Positions 1-11,299 are shown, counted from the first letter of the stretch. The stretch is DNA of 64,000 bases from an uncultured delta proteobacterium (GCA_963727485.1 CAVSGM010000001.1:800001-864000), one strand, 5' to 3'. Notes: a model not told the origin generated them from the letters alone. A program made the numbers and translations.

Positions 1-1483
<1,483 letters not shown>

Positions 1484-2104
1484 GCCGGTCGACGAGGGGC
1501 GCCGCCCGGGCCTCGAGGCGCTTGAGCGCTCCCTGCTCGATCTGGCGCACCCGCTCCCGCGTCACCCCGAGGAGCTCGCCGATGTGGTCCAGGGTCACGC
1601 TCCCGGCCTCGGCGAGATCGAGGGCGCAGGTCTCCTCGAGCTCCCACACCTCCCGGTCGGGGAAGTTGAGGCGCACCGAGCCGCTGCGGGGATCCACGTC
1701 GAGGTAGAGGTGGTAGCGGCAGGAGACGAAGAGGCAGGGGCGGGGGCCGGTCCGGCAGTCGGCGCGGGTGAGGGGGCGGCCGGGGCCCGGGGCGGGCTCG
1801 AGGGCGCCGGCGGCGCGGAGGCGGCGGAGCTCCCTGGCCATCTCCCGGCGCGAGAGGGTGCGGGTGGGGCGGCGAGGGAGGCGGGGCGGGCGCTCGGGGG
1901 CGGGGGCGGGCTCTTGCTTGGGCACCCCACCGGGGAGTGCAGCGCCCGTGCCCTGGTCCAAGCCATGGGAATCACGTGGAGATCCGTGGGCAGACGGACA
2001 CGGGGCGTCGACCTGGAGCCACGGGGCGACCCCGGTCGCCCCTGCGCCTCGGAAGTCGACGGTCGAATTCTGGACGGCGCCGGGGCCCGCGGTAGCGTGG
2101 ATCC

Positions 2105-2443
2105 ATGCGCAGCCCCAGACCCTTCAAGCGCCACCGCCGTCGCCTCCCCGTCCGCTTCGCCTCGAAGGGCACCGGGTGGCGCGCCGCCATCACCGGTGAC
2201 GTGAGCGCCGGCGGCCTCTTCGTGGTCTCCGCCGGAGCCAGCCGGCCCGCGGGGGTCGTCGATCTCGAGGTCCACCTCCCGGGCCGCTCGCCCCTGCGCC
2301 TCGCCGGCGAGGTGGTGTGGCAGCGCCGGGTCCCGCCGCACCTCCAGCGCCTCTCGCCCGGGGGCTTCGGCCTGCGCCTGAAGAGCGCCCCCGAGGACTG
2401 GTTCCAGTACTGCCTGGGGCTCGAGGCCGCGGCGTCGGGCTGA
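2105..2443 (+). CDS. PilZ domain protein
   Basis: KRHRRR (RxxxR) and DVSAGG (D/NxSxxG) motifs, GEVVW, GFGLRL. Confidence 0.8.
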   Translation: MRSPRPFKRHRRRLPVRFASKGTGWRAAITGDVSAGGLFVVSAGASRPAGVVDLEVHLPGRSPLRLAGEVVWQRRVPPHLQRLSPGGFGLRLKSAPEDWFQYCLGLEAAASG

Positions 2444-2469
2444 CCGCGGGACGCCCGCCGGAGTGCCCG

Positions 2470-2478
2470 TGCTATCCT
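2470..2478 (+). promoter_or_regulatory. Candidate extended -10 (TGcTATCCT) for the gene at 2520
   Basis: Intergenic TGnTATCCT about 40 nt upstream of ATG; the same TATCCT hexamer precedes genes at 19511, 29202 and 37421. Confidence 0.4.
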
Positions 2479-2519
2479 GACCTCGCCGGGGGGCGCGGCA
2501 CCCGCGACCCGGCTCGACC

Positions 2520-2993
2520 ATGCCCCGGTTCACCCTGCCCGCCGACGAGCTGAACCACTTCGACCTACCGGCGGTGTGCCTGGTCACCGGTTCGGAGCGG
2601 GAGGTGAGCTTCCACACGGTCCACTTCCCCGGGAGCCTCACCAGCCAGCCGGTGCACGGAGAGCTCCCCTTCACCGAGGCCGGTTGGCGCCGCCACCGCC
2701 TCGCCGGTGGCGCCTGGTTCGCCTTGCGCGCGGTGCTGGGCCTGGGCACCCTGGCCGCGATCGTCACCCTCGCCGCGGGTGAGTCGGTCCCGGGCGTGAG
2801 CGTCCTCCTGGGGACGCTCCTGGTGGTGGCGGGGCTCTGGCTCCTGGGCGTGCGCGATCGGCGGGTGGTGTGCCGGCGGCTCACCCCGTCCCTGGTGCGG
2901 CTCGAGGTCCCCGACGCCGGCGCCGCCGAGGTGGTGGATCGCTACCGCCACGCGGGCACCCCCATCCCCATCCCCGCGGTGCCGGCGCCGTGA
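2520..2993 (+). CDS. Hypothetical membrane protein (2 TM)
   Basis: ORF with GC3-biased codons, LPAVCLVTG N-terminus and two hydrophobic helices; stop overlaps next GTG (GTGA). Confidence 0.6.
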   Translation: MPRFTLPADELNHFDLPAVCLVTGSEREVSFHTVHFPGSLTSQPVHGELPFTEAGWRRHRLAGGAWFALRAVLGLGTLAAIVTLAAGESVPGVSVLLGTLLVVAGLWLLGVRDRRVVCRRLTPSLVRLEVPDAGAAEVVDRYRHAGTPIPIPAVPAP

Positions 2994-3445
2994 CCGCTCC
3001 CGCCGGGGCCATCCCCGAGGTCGACCTCCCACCCCCCGGGGCGAAGTGCGGGTGGCACGAGGACCGGCCCTCGACCTGGGTCTGCCCCCGGTGCGGGGCG
3101 TTCGCCTGCCGCGCCTGCGCCCGCCGGGTCCGGGCCGACGCCCTCCCCATGTGCCCCGGGTGCTGGCAGCGGCGCGCCGAGCTGGTGGCGTCGTTTGCCG
3201 CCACCGGCGGGACCGGCCTCCAGACCGCGGCCCTGATCCTCGGAGTGGCGTCCCTCCTGCCCTTCTGGCCGGTGCAGCTCATCTCCCTGGGCATCGGGGT
3301 CGCCGCGGTGATCCAGGCTCGGACCCCGGCGCGGGCCCACGCGCGCACCCGGGCCTGGGCCGGGCTCGGCCTCACGCTGGTGGGGATCGCCCTGGAGGTG
3401 GTCCTCTTCGTCTGGATCTTCGCCGAGGCCGCCAAGCACCACTAG
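2990..3445 (+). CDS. Zn-finger (B-box-like) membrane protein with DUF4190-like TM pair
   Basis: CGWH..CPRCG..CRAC..CPGC followed by hydrophobic ALILGVASLL..LGIGVAA..AWAGLGL; GTG start at 2990 coupled to upstream stop. Confidence 0.65.
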   Translation: MTAPAGAIPEVDLPPPGAKCGWHEDRPSTWVCPRCGAFACRACARRVRADALPMCPGCWQRRAELVASFAATGGTGLQTAALILGVASLLPFWPVQLISLGIGVAAVIQARTPARAHARTRAWAGLGLTLVGIALEVVLFVWIFAEAAKHH

Positions 3446-3465
3446 CGCGGGCGCGCCGTGCGGGA

Positions 3466-4905
3466 TCAGGCGGCCTTGGCCACCTGCTGGAGCTCGGTGT
3501 TCAGCTCGCGCAGCACCTTCTTGGCGTCGCCGAAGATCATCAGGTTGTTGGGCATGTCGAAGAGGTCGTTCTTGATGCCCGCGAACCCCGGCGAGAGGCT
3601 GCGCTTGATGACGAAGACGGTCTTGGCCTGGTGCACCTTGAGGATGGGCATCCCGTAGATGGGGCTGCCGGGCTGGGTCTCCGCCACCGGGTTGACCACG
3701 TCGTTGGCGCCGACCACGATCACCGCGTCGGTGTTGGCGAAGTCGGGGTTGATCTCGTCCATCTCCACCAGCTTCTCGTAGTCGACGTCGGCCTCGGCGA
3801 GGAGCACGTTCATGTGACCGGGCATCCGGCCGGCGACCGGGTGGATGGCGTAGCGCACCTTGCAGCCGCGCTTCTCCAGGGTCTCGCCCAGCTCCTTGCA
3901 GGCGTGCTGGGCCTGGGCCACCGCCAGGCCGTAGCCGGGGACGATGATGCAGGTCTGGGCGGCCTCGAGGATCATCGAGGCCTCCTCGGCGTCCACCGAG
4001 CGCACGTTGGTGTACTCGCCGCCGCCGCCGCCGCCCGAGGCCTGCTCGCCGCCGAAGCCGCCGAAGAGGACGTTGGGGAGCGAGCGGTTCATCGCCTTGC
4101 ACATGATCTGCGAGAGGATGATGCCCGAGGCGCCGACCAGGGCGCCGGCGATGATCAGCAGGTTGTTCTGGAGCACGAAGCCGGTGGCCGACGCCGCCAT
4201 GCCCGAGTAGGAGTTCAACAGGGAGATGACCACCGGCATGTCGGCGCCGCCGATGGGGATGACCAAGAGCACCCCGAGGACCAGGGCGGCGCCGGTGATG
4301 GCGAGGAGCATCCAGGCGTTGGTCCCGGCGTCGGCGACCCCGAAGACCTGCCACATGCCCACCCCGACGATGCCCAGGGCGAGGACGGCGTTGATGAAGT
4401 GCCGCCCGGGGATGAGGATGGGGTTGCCCGTCATCTTCCCGTTGAGCTTCATGTAGGCGACGACGCTGCCGGTGAAGGTCACGCCGCCGATGAGCACCGA
4501 GAGGATGATGGTGACCGCCGGGGTGGTCTGGAGGACGTGGGCCGGGGTGTTGTTGATCCCCGGCTCCACCAGGTCGAGCCAGAACACCGAGAGGGCCACC
4601 AGGGTGGAGGCCGCGCCGCCGAAGCCGTTGAAGAGGGCGACCATCTCCGGCATCGAGGTCATGGCCACCTTCACCGCGGCGATGGCCCCGATGAGGCTGC
4701 CCACCACCACGCCGACCAGGATCCAGCGGTAGTCGATGCGGCCGAGGTGGACCAGGGTCGCCAGCATCGCCAGCAGCATGCCCACCCAGGCGATGGCGTT
4801 GCCGCTGCGGGCGGTGCGCACCTTGGAGAGGCGGGCCAGCCCGATGATGAAGAGGACCGAGGCGACGAGATAGGTGATGGAGACGACGACGGCGGTGGCG
4901 CTCAT
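3466..4905 (-). CDS. pntB: NAD(P) transhydrogenase subunit beta
   Basis: MPEMVALFNGFGG, IGGADMPVVISLLNSYSG, VPGYGLAVAQAQH, IHPVAGRMPGHMNVLLAEA, GANDVVNP. Confidence 0.97.
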   Translation of the reverse strand: MSATAVVVSITYLVASVLFIIGLARLSKVRTARSGNAIAWVGMLLAMLATLVHLGRIDYRWILVGVVVGSLIGAIAAVKVAMTSMPEMVALFNGFGGAASTLVALSVFWLDLVEPGINNTPAHVLQTTPAVTIILSVLIGGVTFTGSVVAYMKLNGKMTGNPILIPGRHFINAVLALGIVGVGMWQVFGVADAGTNAWMLLAITGAALVLGVLLVIPIGGADMPVVISLLNSYSGMAASATGFVLQNNLLIIAGALVGASGIILSQIMCKAMNRSLPNVLFGGFGGEQASGGGGGGEYTNVRSVDAEEASMILEAAQTCIIVPGYGLAVAQAQHACKELGETLEKRGCKVRYAIHPVAGRMPGHMNVLLAEADVDYEKLVEMDEINPDFANTDAVIVVGANDVVNPVAETQPGSPIYGMPILKVHQAKTVFVIKRSLSPGFAGIKNDLFDMPNNLMIFGDAKKVLRELNTELQQVAKAA

Positions 4906-4961
4906 GGCGGCTTCCCTAATAGGAGGGCAGTGTTGCCTGACGGTGCGGGGGGGCTACCGGT

Positions 4962-5246
4962 TCACTCGCGGTGGCCGAACATGCGGAGCATCCGGTCGGT
5001 GACCAGGAAGCCGCCGACGACGTTGATCATGGCGAACGCCACGGCGAAGGCGCCCATGACGTTGCTCTCGGTGACCATGGCGGTGGTCGCCACCGACAGG
5101 GCCCCGACGATGGTGATGCCGCTGATGGCGTTGGCGCCGGACATCAGGGGCGTGTGCAGGGTCGGGGGGACCTTGTTGATGACCTCGAAGCCCACGAAGG
5201 TCGCGAGGACGAGGACGTAGATGCTGACGAGGAGGGCCGATGTCAT
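4962..5246 (-). CDS. pntAB: NAD(P) transhydrogenase alpha subunit part 2 (membrane)
   Basis: VPPTLHTPLMSGANAISG, INVVGGFLVTDRML. Confidence 0.95.
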   Translation of the reverse strand: MTSALLVSIYVLVLATFVGFEVINKVPPTLHTPLMSGANAISGITIVGALSVATTAMVTESNVMGAFAVAFAMINVVGGFLVTDRMLRMFGHRE

Positions 5247-6388
5247 GCCGCGTCTCCCTGCTTGAGCGCCTCGGCGGTGGGTGCGTGGCGCACCTCGCCG
5301 GCGTGGGTGAGGAGCGCGCCCTGGAGGATCTCGTCCTCGAGGTCGAGCTCGAGCTTGCCTTCCTTGGCCAGGAGCAGCACCAGCGCCTGGACGTTCCGGG
5401 AGTAGAGGGTGGAGGCGTCGAGGGGCATGGTCGCCGGGAGGTTCCGGTGGCCGATGATCTTCACCCGGTGCTTCACCACGTCCTCGCCGGCGACCGAGAG
5501 CTCGCAGTTGCCGCCCTGCTCCACGGCCATGTCGACGATGACCGAGCCGGGGCGCATGGACTCGACCATGGCCGCGGTGATGAGCTTCGGCGCCGCCTTG
5601 CCCGGGACCAGCGCGGTGGTGATCACCACGTCGGCCTCCTTGACGCGCTCGGCGACGATGGCCTGCTGCTTGGCCAGGAAGTCCTTGGTGACCTCCTTGG
5701 CGTAGCCGCCGCTCTCGGCGCCCGACTGCATGTCGGGGAGGTCGATGAACTTGGCGCCCAGCGACTCCACCTGCTCCTTGACCTCGGCGCGGATGTCGCT
5801 GACCTCGACCAGGGCCCCGAGGCGCTTGGCGGTGGCGATGGCCTGGAGGCCCGCGACGCCGGCGCCCATGATCACCACCCGGGCCGGCTTCACCGTGCCC
5901 GCGGCGGTCATCAGCAGGGGGAAGTACTTGCCGAGGTTCGCCGCCGCCAGGAGCACCGCCTTGTACCCGCCGATGGAGGCCTGTGACGACAGGACGTCCA
6001 TCTTCTGGGCCCGGGTGATCCGGGGGATGAGCTCCATGGCGATGGACTCGATCTTCCGGTCGGCCAGGGTCTGGACCATGTCGAGGTGGGCGTAGGGGGC
6101 CAGCAGCCCGATGGCCACCGCGCCCTCCTTCATGCCCTTGGCCTCGTCATCCTCGAGGTGCCGGACCTTGAGGACCAGGTCCGCCTCGGCCAGCGCCGCC
6201 TTGGGGTCGGAGACGATCTTGGCGCCGGCGGCCTCGTAGTCGGCGTCGAGGAGGAAGCTGCCCTCCCCGGCTCCGGACTCGACCTGGACCTCGATCTCCG
6301 CCTTCGCCAGATGGCGGATGGTCTCGGGAACGATGGCGACCCGGGTCTCGCCCGGGTGCCGCTCTTTGGGAATGAAGGCCTTGATCAT
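5243..6388 (-). CDS. pntAA: NAD(P) transhydrogenase alpha subunit part 1 (NAD-binding)
   Basis: PKERHPGETRVA, PRITRAQKMDVLSSQA, GAGVAGLQAIATA, GGYAKE, GGNCE. Confidence 0.96.
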   Translation of the reverse strand: MIKAFIPKERHPGETRVAIVPETIRHLAKAEIEVQVESGAGEGSFLLDADYEAAGAKIVSDPKAALAEADLVLKVRHLEDDEAKGMKEGAVAIGLLAPYAHLDMVQTLADRKIESIAMELIPRITRAQKMDVLSSQASIGGYKAVLLAAANLGKYFPLLMTAAGTVKPARVVIMGAGVAGLQAIATAKRLGALVEVSDIRAEVKEQVESLGAKFIDLPDMQSGAESGGYAKEVTKDFLAKQQAIVAERVKEADVVITTALVPGKAAPKLITAAMVESMRPGSVIVDMAVEQGGNCELSVAGEDVVKHRVKIIGHRNLPATMPLDASTLYSRNVQALVLLLAKEGKLELDLEDEILQGALLTHAGEVRHAPTAEALKQGDAA

Positions 6389-6424
6389 CGCCCGATTCCG
6401 CCTTGTGTCTGTGAGGGGGGGGTG

Positions 6425-6886
6425 TCAGTCGAGGTAGCGGAACACGAGCTCCGCGACCATGGCGGGCTTGTCGCCACCTTCGACCTCGGCGACCGCCTTG
6501 AAGATGCATTGGACGCCGCCGGGGACGTCGTCGACGCTAGCAACCTCCATGCCCATTCGGATCCGCTTGCCCACGGGCACCGGGCTGGGGAAGCGCAGCT
6601 TGTTCAGCCCGTAGTTGATCGTCATCTTGATGCCCTGGACGTCGATGACCTCGTGGTAGAGGTGCGGGACCAGCGACAGGGTCAGGTAGCCGTGGGCGAT
6701 GGGGCCGCCGAAGGGCGACTCCTTCTTCGCGCGGTCCACGTCGACGTGGATCCACTGGTGATCCAGGGTGGCCTCGGCGAACTGGTTCACCCGCTCCTGG
6801 GAGATCTCCATCCACTCGCTGTAGCCCAGGTGCTGCCCGACCAGGGCCTTCACCTCGGCGGTGCCGTTTGCGACCGTCCCTGCCAT
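6425..6886 (-). CDS. MaoC-family dehydratase
   Basis: FAEATLDHQWIHVD, PFGGPIAHGYLTLSL, NYGLNKLRFPSPV; ATG at 6886 preceded by GGAGG. Confidence 0.92.
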   Translation of the reverse strand: MAGTVANGTAEVKALVGQHLGYSEWMEISQERVNQFAEATLDHQWIHVDVDRAKKESPFGGPIAHGYLTLSLVPHLYHEVIDVQGIKMTINYGLNKLRFPSPVPVGKRIRMGMEVASVDDVPGGVQCIFKAVAEVEGGDKPAMVAELVFRYLD

Positions 6887-7059
6887 GCGCGGCCTCCGAT
6901 GCCGTTTGGGTTCGCCGGGACAGGACCGCACCGTGGCAACGATGTCAAGGCGCACAATTCGCGCAACGCGCCGGGAATAGCGCAAGAGATGCCGGGTCTT
7001 GCGCGCATAGGTGGCGCACACAGGGCGGGGAGACCCCCGTATCCCCCGGGGGGTCGGCC

Positions 7060-8027
7060 CTAGCGATTGGGGTCGAGGACCCGGCGGGCCGCGGCGGGGA
7101 GGGCGAAGGCGGCCCGGTGGACCGCGGCGTCGTACCACTCGAGGCCGGCGAGGGCCGAGGCCCGGTCGGCGTCGACGTCGGCGGGGTCGTCGCCGAAGGT
7201 GCCGAGGGCCAGGTTCCAGAGGCCCCCGGGGTAGACCGGCGACCAGCACTGGTAGACCGCGGCCCGGGGAAGACCGCCGAGAGCCCGGCGTGGGCGAGGC
7301 GCAGGGCCTCGGGGAGCGCGAACCAGCTGCCCGCCTGGACCGCCACCGCCCCCTCGGGTCGCAGCCGCGCCTTCACCGCCTCGTAGAAGGGCTCGGAGAA
7401 GAGGACCCTCCCGGGGCCCACCGGGTCGGTGGCGTCGACGACCACCAGGTCGTAGGGCTCGCCCGCCGCCGCGAGGAAGGCCAGGCCGTCGGCGTGGTGG
7501 AGGTGGAAGCGCGGGTCGTCGTCCAGGGGCCCCGCGCCGTCCGGCCGGCGCCACACGGTGGGCAGGAGGTCCCGGGCGGCGGCGGTCACCTCGGGGTCGA
7601 TGTCGACCAGGTCCACGTGGGCCACGTCCGGGTGGCGCAGGGCCTCCCGGGCCGAGCCCCCGTCGCCGCCGCCGATGACGAGCACCCGGCGGTCGGACGC
7701 CCGGCGGGCGCCGCGGCGGCAGAGCCCCGGGTGGACCAGCAGCTCGTGGTAGCTCGCCTCCCCGCGCTCGGCGACCTGCACCGCCACGTCGAGGACCATC
7801 ACCCGCCCGAGGTCCACGGTGTCGAGGACCCGGAGGTGCTGGAAGGGCGTGACCCGGTCCCGGAGGACCGCCTTCACCTCGAAGGTGTGGAGGGTCCCCG
7901 GCGCCCAGCGCTCGGTGAAGGCGTCGCCGCCTGGGGACAGGTCGTCGGGGCGGATGTCCATGGGCTCGCCGTGCGGGACGCCGACGGCGTCGGCGTCGGC
8001 GGGCGGGGCGCCGGCGTGACCGCTCAC
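7060..8027 (-). CDS. speE: Spermidine synthase / polyamine aminopropyltransferase (soluble), apparent 1-nt frameshift near 7266
   Basis: YHELLVH, VLVIGGGDGG, VDIDPEV, DATDPVGP in one frame; C-terminal PVYPGGLW..YDAAVHRAAFALP in a second frame; one extra base in the G run 7266-7269 joins them. Confidence 0.88.
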
Positions 8028-8416
8028 GTCCCGGTGCTCGCCTTGGCCTCGAGGACCGCCGCCGGCAGGGGCAGGGTGCCCCGGGCCTTCTCGTGGTACT
8101 CGATGTGGCTCGCCTTGAACCGCACCCGCAGCAGGTCCGCGAGGCGCGAGAGCTGGGTGGTCTCGGAGCAGGTGAACAGGTCCACCGCCGCGTAGCCGTG
8201 CTCGGGCCAGGTGTGGATCGCCAGGTGGCTCTCGGCGATGACCACCACCCCGCTGACCCCGTGGGGGGCGAAGGTGTGGAAGACCTCGTCGACCACGGTG
8301 GCCTTCAGGTCGATGGCCGTCTGTCTAAGGAGACTCTGGAGATAGGGGAGGTCGTTGAGGACCTCGGGGTCGCAGCCGTAGAGATCGAGAAGCGCGTGGC
8401 GTCCGAGGCTCAGCAT
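8024..8416 (-). CDS. speD: S-adenosylmethionine decarboxylase proenzyme
   Basis: GRHALLDLYGC, PHGVSGVVVIAESHLAIHTWPEHGYAAVDLFTC (E|S self-cleavage site). Confidence 0.96.
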   Translation of the reverse strand: MLSLGRHALLDLYGCDPEVLNDLPYLQSLLRQTAIDLKATVVDEVFHTFAPHGVSGVVVIAESHLAIHTWPEHGYAAVDLFTCSETTQLSRLADLLRVRFKASHIEYHEKARGTLPLPAAVLEAKASTGT

Positions 8417-8480
8417 CCAGCGGTCTCCTCACCAGGCGAGCGCGACGCGCCCGACGACCGAAAGAGGAAAAGAGACGGCT

Positions 8481-8509
8481 GACTAACTGTGATTCCCCCG
8501 TCATGTCAA
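8481..8509 (-). promoter_or_regulatory. Candidate sigma70 promoter for speD-speE
   Basis: Minus strand TTGACA (8509-8504), 17 nt, then a weak -10 TTAGTC (8486-8481) in an AT-richer intergenic region. Confidence 0.45.
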
Positions 8510-8535
8510 GGGGAAAGCGCTTCTCGGGTGCGGAT

Positions 8536-9438
8536 TTAGCCGATGAGATAGCGCTCGCCGCCGTCGCAGAGCACCGTGGCCACCCGCTTGCCGGGGCCGA
8601 GCTCGCCGGCCAGCTTCAGGGCCGCCCAGACGTTGGCGCCCGACGACGGGCCCACCAGGAACCCCTCCTCCCGGGCGAGGCGCTCGGCCATCCGGTGGGC
8701 GTCCGGGTCGGAGACCTGGATCACCTCGTCGATGAGGCCGGTGTCGAGGACCGGGGGCACGAAGCCGGCGCCGAGGCCCTGGATCCCATGGAGGCCCGGG
8801 CGGCCCCCGGAGAGGACCGGCGAGCGCCTCGGCTCCACGGCGCAGAGGCGGGCCTGGGACCCCTGGGCGCGCAGGTAGCGCCCGACCCCGGTGAAGGTGC
8901 CCCCGGTGCCGACCCCGGTGACGAAGGCGTCGAGGCGGCCCTCGAGGGCGGCGAGGAGCTCGGGGCCGGTGGTCTGCTCGTGGGCGGCGGGGTTCGCCTT
9001 GTTCTCGAACTGCTGGGGCATGAAGGCCCCAGGCTCCTTGGCCACCAGCTCCCGGGCCCGGTCCACCGCCCCCTGCATCCCCGCGTCGGCCCGGGTCAGC
9101 TCGAGGTCGGCGCCGTAGGCGGCGAGGAGGTAGCGGCGACCCACGCTCATGTCGTCGGGCATCACCAGGGTGCAGCGGTAGCCCCGGACCGCGGCGATCA
9201 TCGCCAGGCTGATGCCGGTGTTGCCGCTGGTGGGCTCGACCAGGGTGGCCCCGGGGCCCAGAAGGCCGTCGGCCTCGGCGGCCTCGACCATGGCCCGCGC
9301 CGCCCGGTCCTTCACGCTCCCCGAGGGGTTCTTCGCCTCGAGCTTCACCCACACCTCGGCGACGTCGTCACCGGCGAGGCGGGTGAGGCGGACGGTGGGC
9401 GTGTCACCGACGAGTCCCAGGGGGCCGGGGCGGTCCAT
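8536..9438 (-). CDS. cysK: Cysteine synthase A (O-acetylserine sulfhydrylase)
   Basis: KLEAKNPSGSVKDR (PLP lysine), EPTSGNTG, QQFEN, GVGTGGT, HGIQGLGAG, GPSSGAN, DGGERYL. Confidence 0.94.
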   Translation of the reverse strand: MDRPGPLGLVGDTPTVRLTRLAGDDVAEVWVKLEAKNPSGSVKDRAARAMVEAAEADGLLGPGATLVEPTSGNTGISLAMIAAVRGYRCTLVMPDDMSVGRRYLLAAYGADLELTRADAGMQGAVDRARELVAKEPGAFMPQQFENKANPAAHEQTTGPELLAALEGRLDAFVTGVGTGGTFTGVGRYLRAQGSQARLCAVEPRRSPVLSGGRPGLHGIQGLGAGFVPPVLDTGLIDEVIQVSDPDAHRMAERLAREEGFLVGPSSGANVWAALKLAGELGPGKRVATVLCDGGERYLIG

Positions 9439-9565
9439 GTCCCCGTTGTTACGACGCGCGGGCGCACCGGTAAAGCCCGGGCCCGGGGCGGCGCCGGATC
9501 CGGGGTGGCCCCCCGGGAGGCTCCAGGCTCGTGACGCGACGCGTTTCGTCGTACCCTGTCCGGCG

Positions 9566-10528
9566 ATGCAGCCACCGCCCCTGCCCCCGAAGGGCCTCCA
9601 CGCCCTGGCCACCGAGGCCCTCATCGAGAAGGCCCTCGACGAGCCGGCGGCCCGCCGCGCCTGCATGGTCACCCTCCGGGACCGGGACGAGCTCCGGGCC
9701 CAGGCCGCCGCGGCGCTCCTGTGCTTCGACCTCGCCAAGGGCGGCGACGACGTGGCCCAGGGCGAGCTGGCGCTGCTGCGGCCCACCCTCGACGCCCTGG
9801 CCGCGGATCCCGACGCCGCCGACGAGCTCCTCGCCGATCCCCCGGCCCTCCAGGCCCTGTGGGAGGCGGCCCAGGAGGTCCTGGAGCAGGCCGATCCCCG
9901 GGACTTCGCGCCGGTGCTCCGCCAGGAGGTCGACGCGGAGCTCTCCCTGGACCTCCTCGGCGACGACGACGCCCCGGAGCTGGGCAACGCCGCCGACGAG
10001 GCCCGGGTCCGGGCCGAGGAGCTGCGCCGGCTCCTCGCCGAGCACCTGGGGGTCGACGCCGGGGAGCGCCGGGTGGTGCGCCTGGGCAAGGGGCTGGCCA
10101 TGTCCACCCCCGCCGACGTGGACCGGGTCGAGGCCTTCCTCCGGGAGGTCGACGCCCGGGCCCACCTGGTCCCGGCGGCGCGCGGGCTCTCGTGCCTCGG
10201 CCACCTCTTCGTCGCCACCCATCTGCGCCGGCACAACGTCTTCGGGGCCCTCAACCCCCGGCGGGCGGCGGCGGTGCGGGCGGGCCTGGCGCGCCTCGCC
10301 CGCCTCGACGCCGAGGTCGAGTCGGTCCTCGAGGCGGCGGCGTTCTTCGCCTTCGAGGGCGAGCACACCGAGGGCTTCGAGAAGGTGATCGAGCTGATGC
10401 TCGACTACCTCGCCTTCGCCGGGGAGGCCGGCGCCGACCCCTACGCCTCCGAGACCGCCTCGGCCTACGCCGCCGCCGGTCGCCTCCCGCCGCCGGTCCT
10501 CGGCGGGCCCGATCGCCGCCGCCGCTGA
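9566..10528 (+). CDS. Hypothetical helical protein
   Basis: 320-codon ORF with strong GC3 bias, divergent from cysK; no recognisable family. Confidence 0.65.
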   Translation: MQPPPLPPKGLHALATEALIEKALDEPAARRACMVTLRDRDELRAQAAAALLCFDLAKGGDDVAQGELALLRPTLDALAADPDAADELLADPPALQALWEAAQEVLEQADPRDFAPVLRQEVDAELSLDLLGDDDAPELGNAADEARVRAEELRRLLAEHLGVDAGERRVVRLGKGLAMSTPADVDRVEAFLREVDARAHLVPAARGLSCLGHLFVATHLRRHNVFGALNPRRAAAVRAGLARLARLDAEVESVLEAAAFFAFEGEHTEGFEKVIELMLDYLAFAGEAGADPYASETASAYAAAGRLPPPVLGGPDRRRR

Positions 10529-10735
10529 CGGGGGAGCGGGGACCTCCCCGACCGTGCGTTCGGCGCCACACCGTGAAGGGACCGCCCGGCGCCGGGCCCC
10601 CCTGGTAGGTCGGTAACTCCCCGGAAAACAGGCGTTTGGCCCGCTTTCGGGATCCTGGCCCGCCCGTTGTAATGCCCCAGGGGGACCACGCGGCCGGCCC
10701 GGTGCCGGTCCCGATCAACGAGGAGGGACCTTTCC

Positions 10736-11299
10736 ATGAACCGCCACGCCAGGGGCTTTCTCATCGTCGCGCTCTCGAGCCTGCTCTCCGGGGGCTGCAT
10801 CTTCGTCAGCGGCGGGCCGTGCCAGGGCGCCAACTGCCGCGACCACTCCATCCAGCCCACCGCCACCGACACCGACGGCGACGGGATCCCCGACTCCCAG
10901 GAGGCGCAGTACGGGACCGATCCCAACAACCCGGACACCGACGGCGACGGCCTCACCGACGGCCAGGAGGTGAAGCTGGGCACCGACCCGACCAACCCCG
11001 ACACCGACGGCGACGGGGTGCCCGACGGCCAGGAGGTCACCAACGGCACCGATCCCCTCAAGGCCGACACCGACGGCGACGGCCTCTCCGACGGCGACGA
11101 GATCGGCCTGGGCACCAACCCCCTGAAGGCCGACACCGACGGCGACGGGCTCTCCGACGGCGCCGAGGTGAACCGCGGGACCGATCCCCTCAAGGCCGAC
11201 ACCGACGGCGACGGCGACTCCGACGGAGCCGAGATCCAGTGCGGCAGCTCGCCCCTCGATCCGTACATGACCTGCGCCAACGCGTCGCACTGCCCCTAG
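10736..11299 (+). CDS. Lipoprotein with bacterial thrombospondin type 3 (DxDxDG) Ca-binding repeats
   Basis: Lipobox LLSGGC; six 22-aa repeats DTDGDG(L)xDGxE...GTDP; RBS GAGGAGG upstream. Confidence 0.88.
   Translation: MNRHARGFLIVALSSLLSGGCIFVSGGPCQGANCRDHSIQPTATDTDGDGIPDSQEAQYGTDPNNPDTDGDGLTDGQEVKLGTDPTNPDTDGDGVPDGQEVTNGTDPLKADTDGDGLSDGDEIGLGTNPLKADTDGDGLSDGAEVNRGTDPLKADTDGDGDSDGAEIQCGSSPLDPYMTCANASHCP
10868..11263 (+). repeat. Six tandem 66-bp coding repeats
   Basis: gacaccgacggcgacgg recurs at exact 66-nt period. Confidence 0.9.

Noticed and set aside
3466..6388. Split transhydrogenase alpha subunit as a novelty
   Set aside because: The three-gene pntAA/pntAB/pntB organisation is well known (for example Rhodospirillum rubrum and Thermus)
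8417..8480. SAM-I-like or spermidine riboswitch upstream of speD
   Set aside because: Leader after the candidate promoter is only about 60 nt and has none of the SAM-I core motifs
10560..10660. Possible c-di-GMP-I riboswitch (GAAA loop, GGGAGTTACCG on the minus strand)
   Set aside because: Core GGCAAAC and GACGCAAAG elements are absent, and the orientation is opposite to the flanking genes
10868..11263. Regularly spaced direct repeats resembling a CRISPR array
   Set aside because: Period is exactly 66 nt, in frame, and encodes DTDGDG repeats; the intervening segments are similar to each other and there are no cas genes
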